A DNA stretch of 64,000 bases from Eledone cirrhosa (Eukaryota), in the NCBI GenBank assembly GCA_964016885.1, contig OZ024742.1, positions 232,624,001-232,688,000 of the forward strand, given 5' to 3'. The notes beneath the pieces were generated by a model that was given only the letters and a program-made list of their open reading frames with translations, made no database searches and had not been told where the DNA came from. A program made the translations under genes and the position numbers. Positions 39,048-52,959 of the stretch are shown piece by piece (the first letter of the stretch is position 1; each line of letters begins with the position of its first letter).

Positions 39048-39209
39048 GAACGAGTAGGACCCCGACGGCTGAGCTCAAGCCGTTTCGATGGCTAATTCTG
39101 GACTAAATGAAAATTTTTATTCGCGTTTTTATTATCCGGATAAAACATTTCATTTAGTCCAGAATTAGCCGTCGAAACGGCTTGAGCTCAGCCGTCGGGG
39201 TCCTACTCG

Positions 39210-39212
<3 letters not shown>
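39048..39212. repeat. 65-bp-arm inverted repeat containing HHR 3' halves
   Basis: Arms 39048-39112 and 39148-39212, one mismatch; each reads GAAA-CGGCT TGAGCTC AGCCG-TC-GGGG on one strand. Confidence 0.85.
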
Positions 39213-39266
<54 letters not shown>

Positions 39267-39300
39267 AGATTTGAATGGATACAGTTTAGTTGAAAGGAAT

Positions 39301-39420
39301 TTATTGACACGTGTTTCTATAACAGTTACATAACCTAAAACAGCTGCTATCTACAAACTTTTAGTTATGCAGACATTCAATATTTCAATGTTATTATTTA
39401 CTGTCATTTCATCAGAATAA
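39301..39420 (-). ncRNA. Hammerhead ribozyme in the inverted pLTR arm
   Basis: Mirror copy of 43940-44059. Confidence 0.85.
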
Positions 39421-39992
39421 TATTACTGAGGACCTATTTAGTTTTTATAGAGAATATTAGGAGGGAGGGGTGAAGTTGTTAGAAGAATAGTTGAAGGAGT
39501 GGTTTTTCGATAGCAGTGAGAATTCTTGGTGGCAGTGAGTAATTAGATTCCCATCTGTTGTTTTGACATTTTTTATAGAATATATTATTGGTTATTTTTC
39601 TAAATCTATAGAAGGATTAGAGATAGTAAAGATATGCGTGGTTGGTTTTGTGTTTGCACTTAATTAACATTCAGACTTAAATTTTTCTTTCAAGTGTACG
39701 TATCCTTTCACCCACGCATTCACACACAAATATATTTGCACACCTCTACAAAATACATATACTCACAATTCACATATTCATACTTACATATATATACACA
39801 TGCATACACATATATATACACACATGTATTCATGTACATACATACGCACTCATGTGTATACATTTTCATACTCAACTTATCTTTATATACACACGTATAG
39901 ACACACACATATATACATACTTACTCTAGTCCATGTGTACACACATACACATACATACACATCTATATACACATATATACATACATATACAC

Positions 39993-40081
<89 letters not shown>

Positions 40082-40881
40082 CATATACATACACATATAC
40101 ATACATATATATGCACTTTAATACATGAATACACTTACATCTAACTATACACATCAAACATATATATATATTTACTTATTTATATACATTTTCACATATA
40201 TATACATACTTATGGACGTTTTTAGACACATTCATTATCGCATATTTGCACCTATTCTCATCAGCATATCTTTCCATTATTAGTGTGGTAATTTAAGGTT
40301 ATTAATATATGTTGAGAAGAGATTGTTTTTATATTTTTCTAACTAGATTAAGGTTTATATAGTTGGGGGATGTCCCTCTTTTATGTAATATTCGGCTTGT
40401 AGTGGGAAAAAAGGGTTTTAGTTCTGTGACGGCAGAATAATGTTCGTTCAATTCTGTTATTCAGCAGTTTCTTCTTGTGTGTGATTATGTAATAAATCTC
40501 AAGATTACACAATTTGCAGAAATTTTGGCTCCTGGAAAAGCTTTGGGTTTTAGCTAATTTCTCCCATTTTAGGGTAAACTTTTGATCGCTATCCCTGAGC
40601 GTCCAAGCTTTTTCTGCTAAAGTTGTTACATTTCTTTGGCTCTGGTGTTTTATTGAGTAAGAATGCCTATACAATCGAGATTTAAACGATGTTGCCGTTG
40701 ATCCCACGTAATACCACTCGTTGCCCCCGGATTTAATGGTACACTTATAAATAATATTTTTTTCCAGGCAGTTATTGCTGAGGGGGCAGTTGTCAGGATA
40801 GGTGCAGTTACAGTTGTGTACGTTGGGTTTTCTCTGGAGTAGTATTGCGGACGAACTTAGATGTGGTTTATTTATGTTCTG

Positions 40882-42971
40882 AGCAGGACCTTATGAACTT
40901 AATCCTTAAAATTAAATTCAAAGGACGCAACACCAACAGCAAATTACAGAAAGATATAAAAAAACTACTGGACGACCTTAAAAACACCAAAGGAATTGTA
41001 GTAAAAGCGGACAAAACATCAAACCTGTACACTATGGATTGCACTACATACAACAACTTCATTCGAAAAGAATTACATAAAAAATATAGAAAAACGAGTG
41101 AAGTAACCCTTAAGCACATCAATGATGAGGCATGCGAAATAGTGAAAAATCTCGGAATCGAAGATAGGACAGGACCACTCTTACCGGCGGTACCCACCTT
41201 CAATCTTAAGGACCACAAGGTAAACTTTGATAATGACCCTAAAATTAGATTAATCTGCCCCTCTAAATCAGATATAGGTAAAATAAGCAAATATATCTTA
41301 GATAGAATCATCCCCCAAATTAAGGCTAAGGTTAACATTAAACTCTGGGGGAAGACCCAAGAAGCAATAAGATGGTTTAATAGCATTAGCAATAAGAATA
41401 AATCTAAGTTTATCCAGTTTGATATCGATGAATATTACTCATCGCTATCACCTGAAACTTTGATTAGAGCCATTAAGTTTGCTAAGGATAACTCTGACCT
41501 TACAAACGATGAAATTAAGATTATATTAGAAGCTAGGAAAACTATAGTCAAATTTGAGAACAGTTATTGGGTACGTAAAGATAGACCCTCTAACTTTGAC
41601 ATAACAATGGGCTCTAACGATTCGGCGGAAATAACTGATATTGTGGGGTTATTTATCGCCTTTAGACTCCAGGAAAAATTCAGCAATCTCCACGGCGGAA
41701 TATACCGCGACGATGTTCTCCTCGTAGCTAAAAACCTTAATAACCAAAAACTAGAAAAACTACGCAAAGATATAAGAAAACTACTACTCGAAATAGGACT
41801 AACTATAACATATGAATACAACCTTAAAGTAGTTAACTTCCTGGATGTCACACTCAATTTAAACTCTGGTTTGATTAAACCGTTTCATAAATTGAATGAA
41901 AATCTCAAATACGTAAATGTTGGGTCTAACCACCCCATCTCTATAATTAAATCTATCCCTAAAAATATTTCCCTTAGAATCTCGGGTCTATCTTCTAACA
42001 TACAAGTATTTAAGGAACACGCCGAGTACTACGATAACGCCCTTAGTAAAGCAGGCTACCTCAACAAAATAGAGTACATAGATGGGAACAATCAAAACAC
42101 CCAAAATAAATCCCACATAGGTAGATATAATAACACAACACCAAACCACACTTACTACCATAGTATGCACACCAGTAAACCAACAAACAAAACTAATAGA
42201 AAGCGATGCAAAGAGTACTTATGGTATAACCCCGAATACAATAGTTCCATTAGTACAAATTTACCAGTACTCTTCTTTAAAATAATTAAAAGACATTTTC
42301 CCACATCACACAAATACCACAAAATCCTAAACCCTACCACTATAAGACTGTCATACTCTACAGCGTTAAACCTTGAACAACACATAAAAAAGATCAATAC
42401 TAGAAGGTTAAACGAAAACACTAAGAACTTAAGTACAAAGAACACAAAAAAAACAGTAGACAATACACTACAGAACATAAATAAACCACATCTAAGTTCG
42501 TCCGCAATACTACTCCAGAGAAAACCCAACGTACACAACTGTAACTGCACCTATCCTGACAACTGCCCCCTCAGCAATAACTGCCTGGAAAAAAATATTA
42601 TTTATAAGTGTACCATTAAATCCGGGGGCAACGAGTGGTATTACGTGGGATCAACGGCAACATCGTTTAAATCTCGATTGTATAGGCATTCTTACTCAAT
42701 AAAACACCAGAGCCAAAGAAATGTAACAACTTTAGCAGAAAAAGCTTGGACGCTCAGGGATAGCGATCAAAAGTTTACCCTAAAATGGGAGAAATTAGCT
42801 AAAACCCAAAGCTTTTCCAGGAGCCAAAATTTCTGCAAATTGTGTAATCTTGAGATTTATTACATAATCACACACAAGAAGAAACTGCTGAATAACAGAA
42901 TTGAACGAACATTATTCTGCCGTCACAGAACTAAAACCCTTTTTTCCCACTACAAGCCGAATATTACATAA
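40882..42971 (+). CDS. Penelope-type reverse transcriptase + GIY-YIG endonuclease (5' truncated, otherwise open)
   Basis: KADK, KDHK, FDIDEYYSSL, MGSNDS, YRDD, FLDVTL; Cys motif CNC..CPL..C; IIYKC..YYVGST..FKSRLYRH; C-terminal CKLC..CRH. The first 12 codons of the track ORF come from the inverted arm. Confidence 0.93.
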
Positions 42972-43268
42972 AAGAGGGACATCCCCCAACTATATAAACC
43001 TTAATCTAGTTAGAAAAATATAAAAACAATCTCTTCTCAACATATATTAATAACCTTAAATTACCACACTAATAATGGAAAGATATGCTGATGAGAATAG
43101 GTGCAAATATGCGATAATGAATGTGTCTAAAAACGTCCATAAGTATGTATATATATGTGAAAATGTATATAAATAAGTAAATATATATATATGTTTGATG
43201 TGTATAGTTAGATGTAAGTGTATTCATGTATTAAAGTGCATATATATGTATGTATATGTGTATGTATA

Positions 43269-43367
<99 letters not shown>

Positions 43368-43939
43368 GTGTATATGTATGTATATATGTGTATATAGATG
43401 TGTATGTATGTGTATGTGTGTACACATGGACTAGAGTAAGTATGTATATATGTGTGTGTCTATACGTGTGTATATAAAGATAAGTTGAGTATGAAAATGT
43501 ATACACATGAGTGCGTATGTATGTACATGAATACATGTGTGTATATATATGTGTATGCATGTGTATATATATGTAAGTATGAATATGTGAATTGTGAGTA
43601 TATGTATTTTGTAGAGGTGTGCAAATATATTTGTGTGTGAATGCGTGGGTGAAAGGATACGTACACTTGAAAGAAAAATTTAAGTCTGAATGTTAATTAA
43701 GTGCAAACACAAAACCAACCACGCATATCTTTACTATCTCTAATCCTTCTATAGATTTAGAAAAATAACCAATAATATATTCTATAAAAAATGTCAAAAC
43801 AACAGATGGGAATCTAATTACTCACTGCCACCAAGAATTCTCACTGCTATCGAAAAACCACTCCTTCAACTATTCTTCTAACAACTTCACCCCTCCCTCC
43901 TAATATTCTCTATAAAAACTAAATAGGTCCTCAGTAATA

Positions 43940-44059
43940 TTATTCTGATGAAATGACAGTAAATAATAACATTGAAATATTGAATGTCTGCATAACTAAA
44001 AGTTTGTAGATAGTAGCTGTTTTAGGTTATGTAACTGTTATAGAAACACGTGTCAATAA
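43940..44059 (+). ncRNA. Type I hammerhead ribozyme with ~90-nt stem II region
   Basis: TTATT-CTGATGA-AATGACAGT...ACTGTTATA-GAAA-CACGTG-TC-AATAA; predicted cleavage after C44054. Confidence 0.85.
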
Positions 44060-44206
44060 ATTCCTTTCAACTAAACTGTATCCATTCAAATCTTTCTATT
44101 TTTCTCCGGATTACTTTTGGAACTACAACTGGAACCGTCGAGCAAACTCTACGTGAGCTGATAATCTACTGTGTGTAATATTTATATTACAATACAACGG
44201 AAAATA

Positions 44207-44314
<108 letters not shown>

Positions 44315-44618
44315 GTGTGTGTGTGTATGTATATTCACATATATACATACATGAATTAGATATATATATATATTCAATAATTCCCTAATTATCCACACGC
44401 CCACCTATCATACGTTCGATGATTTTTCTTCATGAATGAACAAACATGAAGACACATACATAGAGACCAACATACGAATGTGACTACGTCAGCTGGCTGT
44501 GACGGAATTGCAAACGCCCACCTAACGAATATCACGAAGCCATCTATATTTGTGTGTATAAACACGCGACCGGACACACGCACACAGCCTCAAATGACCG
44601 ATATCGATATGTGACACA

Positions 44619-44690
44619 TACAGGGTGCCACTTAAAAATATATATACATACTTTGATTGAAGTGTGTATACATTTTGGGGATACCCCGTA
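44619..44690. mobile_element. Tiny Tc1/mariner-type MITE
   Basis: TACAGGGTG ... TACCCCGTA termini with an internal imperfect palindrome. Confidence 0.5.
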
Positions 44691-44696
44691 TATATA

Positions 44697-44932
44697 CCGT
44701 ATTTCCCGGCGCCGAAGACGCTTCGTCCTCGAGGACGCACTCTAATTTTGACAACCAAAAAAAAAAATAATAATAATAATTGTTTCTACGTTAGGCACAA
44801 GGCCAGCAATTACTCAGTGTATTACTGGTACTTTATTTTATCGACCCCGTAAGGATGAAAGGCAAAGTTAATAATAATAATGAACAACCTCCAGGATGCA
44901 TGATAGATTTTATTCGACGCCGGGAAACATGG
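44697..44932. mobile_element. pogo-like MITE interrupted by a SINE
   Basis: TA-CCGTATTTCCCGGCGCCGAA ... TTCGACGCCGGGAAACATGG-TA; SINE at ~44778-44870; related end at 15929. Confidence 0.7.
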
Positions 44933-45556
44933 TATATATAAAACTATTGCTGTTGGACCTCCGTCGGTTCCGACGACGACTGCTCCAATTGATTCAATCA
45001 ACGGATATGCCTGTTTGTGAAATTAACGTGTATGTTCATAGTTCTCAGGAAGATTCAGCGTGACATAATGTATGACAAGGTTAGATCTTTGAATTACAGG
45101 CACAAGTCATTTTTGCCAGCTGAGTGGATTGTGGCTGCGTAAAACAAAACATCTTGCTCAAGGACAAAACGCAGCGCCCGATCTAGGAATTGAAATCCTG
45201 ACCTTACGACCGTGAACTGAACCCCCTAATCACTAAAACACGCGGAGTTCCGGTCAACTAACATAACTGTTTTGTTTTTACGTGTTTCAAACGTTTCTAG
45301 AATTCCTACTTTTGTAAACATAGATTCTAAAAATAAAAAATTGCAGAATATAAATGTTCCATTCTCTCCATATTCAGGCGCAAAACTCTGCCCACCCATA
45401 ACCATAACGACAACTGCAAGCTATCCTTAAGCAGAACTTTAACCTTCTTTGAAATTTTTATTTATTTATTTATTTTTTTGAATCGCAATATTCTGTTTAA
45501 AATGTAGGAATCGAAAGAAATTTTAGCAAAAAAAAAAAAAATTGCAGAAGAGCGCA

Positions 45557-45661
<105 letters not shown>

Positions 45662-45923
45662 ACATTTTGTGTTGTTTCCTTCATAATTCAGTGGTAATTG
45701 TGTTCATTTTTTGTTTGTTTTTTGTTATATTGTCCTACACGCATCTTTCTAGTGGCTTTTCTTCAGATCGTCGGGCAGTAAAAATATGATATCACCCTTA
45801 TATACGAAATCATGTTTCAAACGAGTGGCTGATAAGGAATAGAGTTGCTTTTGTTCTTTTGTGTTCCGAATCTGTTTTCCATGTGCATCTTTATATGTAT
45901 GTATGTATGTGTGTGTGTTTGTG

Positions 45924-46009
<86 letters not shown>

Positions 46010-46029
46010 TTGTGTGTGTGCCATGCATG

Positions 46030-46901
<872 letters not shown>

Positions 46902-46902
46902 T

Positions 46903-47411
46903 ATGTATGTACGTATACATACTTATATTTAAGTAACAGCCGTACTAAGAGTAGGAAATGAAATTTCGTTTCATTTTTTCCGTTTATCGTTTTCGGTGCA
47001 CCCCGCCGATTAACCCACTCGATATGCAAATTGGGCTACTCAGCCGTTAATATGCATAAGGAAAGTATATACTTTCGGACGTTCAACTATCTGGCAGGAA
47101 GGTATACGTTGCTGACGATAGCTAACAAGCTTGAAACTAGTACAGCGTTTCTTTGTCCGTGTTGAACAAATGAGCAACGATGGTTGCTAGACACTGTACG
47201 GCTTAATTCGGGATGTTTGTTTACAAACACACCGAGCATTATAATAAATGTTTGGTGAATCCATACGTACATATATATATGTGTGCATGTATGTATATAT
47301 ATATACATACTACTGTACGTCTGTATACATATATGTATGTACGTATACATACTTATATTTAAGTAACAGCCGTACTAAGAGTGGGAAATGAAATTTCGTT
47401 TCATTTTTTCC

Positions 47412-47418
<7 letters not shown>
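46903..47418 (+). mobile_element. Retrozyme-like element (430-nt period)
   Basis: ~86-bp direct repeats 46903-46988 and 47333-47418; central HHR; microsatellites on both sides. Confidence 0.75.
47106..47148 (+). ncRNA. Minimal type I hammerhead ribozyme
   Basis: ACGTTG-CTGACGA-TAGCTAACAAGCTT-GAAA-CTAG-TA-CAGCGT. Confidence 0.85.
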
Positions 47419-47444
<26 letters not shown>

Positions 47445-47447
<3 letters not shown>

Positions 47448-48390
47448 TGTACTTAGAATTATTAGATAAAATATATACCATTTCCTCTCCCAATTAGCAT
47501 AATTAACCATATAAAAAATCAATTAGACCAGGCTATAAGAATAAAGGCTCCTACTATTAAGGATGAACCTAGAGTAACAGACTCATCAGGAGACGAATAT
47601 ATTTTATCTAATAATTCTAAGGACATGATTTATGATATATTGCTCTGATTATTTAATTTATTAATTCTTCATTGAGCCACATCGTGACCGGTTGCCACAT
47701 ATATATCTGTGACTTTATGTATATGTAAATCCTTATATTTAATAATCTCCCGTTGGGTTGAGATGCAATTGGGCGATATTGGGCTGCGCTTTCTAGCAAC
47801 CAGCCTACTCGCCGTAAGCAACTAATCACATTCTTTCTAACTTGACCACTGCCACGTCACGATTCTTAGCCATTTTTGAATCTATTTTTGGCGCGATCGC
47901 TTTGGAAAATTAACTGTCCTACTGAGTTTGTCTCCTGATGAGTCTGTTACTCTAGGTTCATCCTTAATAATAGGATATCTAAAAATACGGACGAAACCAT
48001 GGTAGAGATGTAATTACGGTATGTACATGTTTCTTCTAAGTTTAAATTTACACCTAATTGTGTATGGTTGACGGTATATTTAGTCAGTTTCTACATGCTG
48101 TTGAAATGTTGGGTAAATACGCTATTGGGGTCACCGCGAAGAGGTCGCTTTCGGTTATTTATCAAATATTTCTTCATAGGAGCCTTTATTCTTATAGACT
48201 GGTCTAATTGATTTTTTATATGGTTAATTATGCTAATTGGGAGAGGAAATGGTATATATTTTATCTAATAATTCTAAGGACATGATTTATGATATATTGC
48301 TCTGATTATTTAATTTATTAATTCTTCATTGAGCCACAACGTGACCGGTTGCCACATATATATCTGTGACTTTATGTATATGTAAATCTT

Positions 48391-48396
<6 letters not shown>
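47445..48396 (+). mobile_element. Retrozyme-like element (657-nt period) with inverted 5' segments
   Basis: Direct repeats 47597-47739 and 48254-48396; 47445-47553 is the reverse complement of 48178-48286; 47550-47594 is the reverse complement of the HHR 5' half. Confidence 0.75.
47930..48009 (+). ncRNA. Type I hammerhead ribozyme with extended stem II
   Basis: GTCTC-CTGATGA-GTCTGT...ACGGAC-GAAA-CCATGG-TA-GAGAT. Confidence 0.88.
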
Positions 48397-48460
<64 letters not shown>

Positions 48461-48493
48461 AGAATAGGATTGGCTGTGTAGTTGCTAGTTAAG

Positions 48494-49164
48494 TAGCTTA
48501 AAAATGGAATGAGAATAAGAAGAAAGCAAGAACGGGGATGGGGTTTTTTCCTCATCAGTTGTCTACTGGGGATCTCGGATATCTCAACGCTTTAAAGACA
48601 ATATATCTACCCCCAGAGAGTTCAATAACTAGGTAAGTTATTGGGAAAACGGAGGAGGGAGGGAAGGAAAATAGAAGGGAAAATGGAAAAAGGGAAGAAA
48701 AGAGAAAACATCGAAAAAAAACAACAAACTGGGGAATGTGCGAGCAACTTAAGGTAAAAAAAATCCAAGACCACAGTGGTAACAGAACTTAAGTTCGAGA
48801 GCGTGTAGGGGAACGAAAAGACACGACTGACCCTAGCAAGTGTAAGTGAGAAAAGGACTGCTAGCAGGGGTCAGTCGTGTCTTTTCGTTCGCCCACACAC
48901 TCTCGAACTTGGATTTTCTTACCTTAAGTTGCTCGCACATTCCCAGGTTTGTTGTTTTCTTCCCTTTTTCCCTTTTCCCTTCTATTTTCCTTCCCTCCCT
49001 CCTCCGTTTTCCCAATAACTTACCCAGTTATTGAACGCTCTGGGGGTAGATATATTGTCTTTAAAGCTTTGAAATATCCGAGATCCCCAGTAGACAACTG
49101 ATGAGGACGCCCCCCCCCCCCCCCGTTCTTGCTTTCTTCTTATTCTCATTCCATTTTTAAGCTA
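48494..49164. repeat. Fold-back inverted repeat between (TA)n tracts
   Basis: Arms ~48494-48833 and ~48868-49164; each carries CTGATGAGG on one strand. Confidence 0.85.
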
Positions 49165-49246
49165 TATATATATATATATATGAATGATCCATTTGAAGTG
49201 AAGCAAATTGTTCTTGGAAATGATGTATCAACTGTTGTGGAACTAC

Positions 49247-49285
<39 letters not shown>

Positions 49286-49470
49286 ATTTCCCTGGAAAAG
49301 GTAAAGGAAAGAAGAGTGCTCTATGTAATAAACAACACAATATAATTATTCCATTTGTGAAACCTTGGGTAATGGAATAATGAACCTTGGGTAATTATAT
49401 TGTGTTGTTTATTATATATATATATATATATATATAGTTAAAAGAATAGAGGTGTAACACACAAGTTATT

Positions 49471-50060
49471 ATATATTGGTAAACGGAATAGAAAATGCTG
49501 ACAAATTGTTCACAGTTGAAAAATGGTTTAATTAGGAATAAAAGAGTATTAGTGATTGTATGGGTTAGTATTCAGTTGTGGTTTTAAGTTTTTAAGTTTT
49601 TACCGGTTGCGCATTTCTAAATGCTTTTCAAAAATAATTTTGAGATAGAGTGTCCGTGCTGTTTGCTCTGATCTGATTAGTTTTGGGAATTCTACCTGTT
49701 TTTATGTTAAAAAAGTGGCTCCAGCGTTATTTTTGTGTTGCAAAAATGCTTGTGGTCAAAACAATTTTGATTGGTCGGTAGAGGTCATGTGAATGTAAAA
49801 AGTTGATTTTGCGCCAAGACTGTTTTTATGTTAAAATGTTAAAAAAGTGGCTCCAGCAAAAATTATTGGTCAAAACAATTTTGATTGGTCGGTAGCGGTC
49901 ATGTGGATAAAAAATTGGTTTTGCGCCAAGATTGAGAAATGACTCTTTCACAACAAATATGTGTGTGTGTGTGTGTGTGTGTGTAGTAGTAGTAGTAGTA
50001 AGGTGTTCGATGCTGCGACAATGGCCAGCAGCGATGTGTGTCAAATGGCTATTAAGATAA

Positions 50061-50091
<31 letters not shown>

Positions 50092-50764
50092 GCAGAGTCA
50101 TTCGAAGGTCAAAAGATATTTTTCAGCTTTTGTCTTATACGGAGAGGTGCGTGTGTGTGTGTGTGTGTGTATAAGTCTCTTTGTATGTTGATGTACGCGT
50201 GTGTATGTGTTTGTGTATATATATGTGTGTGTGTGTGGGTGGACCAGTATTTTTTTCCCCCTGGTAAAATGGTGTACATTATTCGAGTTTTTCAGTAAAA
50301 TCGGTTCTCTTAATAGAACATCAAAAATCTTAACAATAAAAGGTGTGAAATGATATTCACTATATATATACACACACATACATACATTCACTACATATAT
50401 ATATATATACATATATACATACAGTATTGGCGCAAAATCAACTTTTTACATTCACATGACCTCTACCGACCAATCAAAATTGTTTTGACCACAAGCATTT
50501 TTGCAACACAAAAATAACGCTGGAGCCACTTTTTTAACATAAAAACAGGTAGAATTCCCAAAACTAATCAGATCAGAGCAAACAGCACGGACACTCTATC
50601 TCAAAATTATTTTTGAAAAGCATTTAGAAATGCGCAACCGGTAAAAACTTAAAAACTTAAAACCACAACTGAATACTAACCCATACAATCACTAATACTC
50701 TTTTATTCCTAATTAAACCATTTTTCAACTGTGAACAATTTGTCAGCATTTTCTATTCCGTTTA

Positions 50765-50773
<9 letters not shown>
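49471..50773. repeat. 347-bp inverted repeat pair with a degenerate HHR
   Basis: 49471-49817 is the reverse complement of 50427-50773; TTT-TTGAAAA-GCATTTAGAAATGC-GCAA-CCGG-TA-AAA at 50610-50646. Confidence 0.85.
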
Positions 50774-50832
<59 letters not shown>

Positions 50833-50875
50833 AAAGAAACTAAAGAATGCTTACATACTTAAACAGTCTTTATTT

Positions 50876-50921
50876 ACTTACAATGTTTCATCCTCACCTT
50901 TTGGCAGGAATCCTCAGAGCC
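50876..50921 (-). ncRNA. Hammerhead ribozyme (weak stem I)
   Basis: GCT-CTGAGGA-TTCCTGCC aaaa GGTGAGGAT-GAAA-CATTG-TA-AGT. Confidence 0.6.
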
Positions 50922-52486
50922 TAATAAATACAGTGTTGAGTATAAGCTCCACAAAACCTAGTCACACGAACAATCAGAATAAAGATAGGGAGATTGGAGA
51001 TGGCGAACAAAGAGGTGCATGCTGGGGTTGTTAAGCATCGCTGTTAAATGCCAAGACATCAGCGGATTCAATATATATGTGTGTATGTGTGTGTGTATGT
51101 ATATGTGTGTGTATGTATGTATATGTGTGTGTATGTATGTATGTATATATGTATGATTTAGGGCAGCAAATTATGGTATTAGTTCTGGCTCTCTGCTCTC
51201 TGATTTCGAATCCTGCCAAGATCAACTTTGCCTTTCATCCTTTCAAGGTCGATAAAAAAAGTACCAGTCTAATACTGGGGTCGATTCTTCCTCTATTTCT
51301 CTTTCTCATTTCCTCTCTCTCACATTCTATCTTTAGCCAAACACTTTTTTTCTTAATACCATGCATCACCTACCCTTCAATTATATAGACACAAAATAAG
51401 CACATCTTTCTGTTTTGCTGGCATCATCATCATCATCATCATTTTACGTCCACTTTTCCCTGCTTGCAAGGGTGGGACGGGAAATGGTTCTGGCTTGATT
51501 TCTACAGCTGGATGCCCTTCCTAACACCAACCTCATTTACAGTAAGTGATGGGTGCTTTTTTTCCGTGGCGCCTACACGACCACTTTATAGTGTGGTCTG
51601 GGTGCTTTTTTGCCGTGGCACCTCCACGACCACTTTACAGTGGAATGATATGGACCCCAGTCCCTATCATCTCATTTCTACAGCTGAGTAAACTGGAGCA
51701 ATGTGAAATAAAGTGTCTTGCTCAAGGAAACAACACATCACCCAATCCAAGAATTGAACTCCCAACCTTTCGATTGCAAGGCCAATGCTCTAACTACTAA
51801 GCCATGTGCCTCCATGTATACAGCATATATACAGAAAAAGATACTATATGCATTTTGTTGATTACATATTGATTTTTAATTTTGTCTTGAAAGTTTACTT
51901 AACACTTTAATAGTACACACAAAAAAAAACAATGCCTTTCTATAGGTTTGATGAGTTGCACACTCTCTCTATTTCTGTCACAGTCCTTTAAAATGGGTGG
52001 TTTTGTTTCAGAGACGGTTTTGGGAAGGTTGGTATCAGAAGGGTTAAGCATATTCACTTGCAGAGAGATATTGTGACATAGAGATATTTGGATTCTGTTC
52101 AAAATAAGAAAGAATCATATCCATGCATATTGAGCTTTAAACAAACACGCCTTTTCTATTGTTTTGTTTCTATCATCATCATCGTCAGAAGAAGAAGAAC
52201 TTGTTGCATCTTGATTTTCAGGAGTAATAATATTGTCAATAATTTATTGATCTAAAAAATATTTAGAGTAATTCAATACTGTCAGCTTCAGTTTATCATC
52301 TATATCCTGGACATTATATAATGGATTTTCTACGGATATTGTTTGTAATGTTTGCATTATTTCTTTGTACTGCGCTTAACACTAAAACCATAAAAATCCT
52401 TTTCATTTCATTATCAGAAATGTACTCGTTAAATGTGAAGATAGTTTAAAATTTGAATCATATTCTCAAAAACATGACAGGTTTAA

Positions 52487-52707
52487 CCCTTTAGCATTTA
52501 AACTGGCTGTATCCGGCCAGAATATTCTCACCTCTTTTTATTCAAACCAGCCATAACCGGCCACTCATACTGTCTTTAAGGTATTGTTCTCAAAATAAAT
52601 AACATCAAAATCTCGTAGATTAAATATTATGTGTAGTAATTATGTCGGAGAAAGCCTTTACTTAAAAAATGCAATAGTATATATAGAGTAATATAAATGC
52701 TAAAGGG
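52487..52707. mobile_element. piggyBac-like MITE
   Basis: Perfect 14-bp TIR CCCTTTAGCATTTA with TTAA on both sides. Confidence 0.8.
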
Positions 52708-52959
52708 TTAATAGAAGTCCATGTAACTGCAGATGCAAAAAGCACAGCCTTAATTGTAAATTGATATTGGAATTCAGGAATAAAAACTTCACTGCTATTT
52801 AATTATTTCATAAAATTGTATGAGAGAAATTTGGTTGTAAATAACATTAAAAACATAGATTTTATATATAGTCAATGCATGAGAGCAGTAAGCAGCAAGA
52901 GCTCACAGGAAACAAGCTCTATCAAATGGTCAGAGAGCTCTATAGAAGTAGTTGACAGC

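Noticed and set aside
40381-40707. Separate minus-strand GIY-YIG ORF
   Set aside because: It is the inverted duplicate of the Penelope ORF 3' end, not an independent gene
43088-43140. CTGATGAG just after the Penelope stop codon
   Set aside because: No paired stem II or GAAA half found
52140-52380. Minus-strand S/D-rich coding-like stretch
   Set aside because: Contains stops and I found no convincing splice sites
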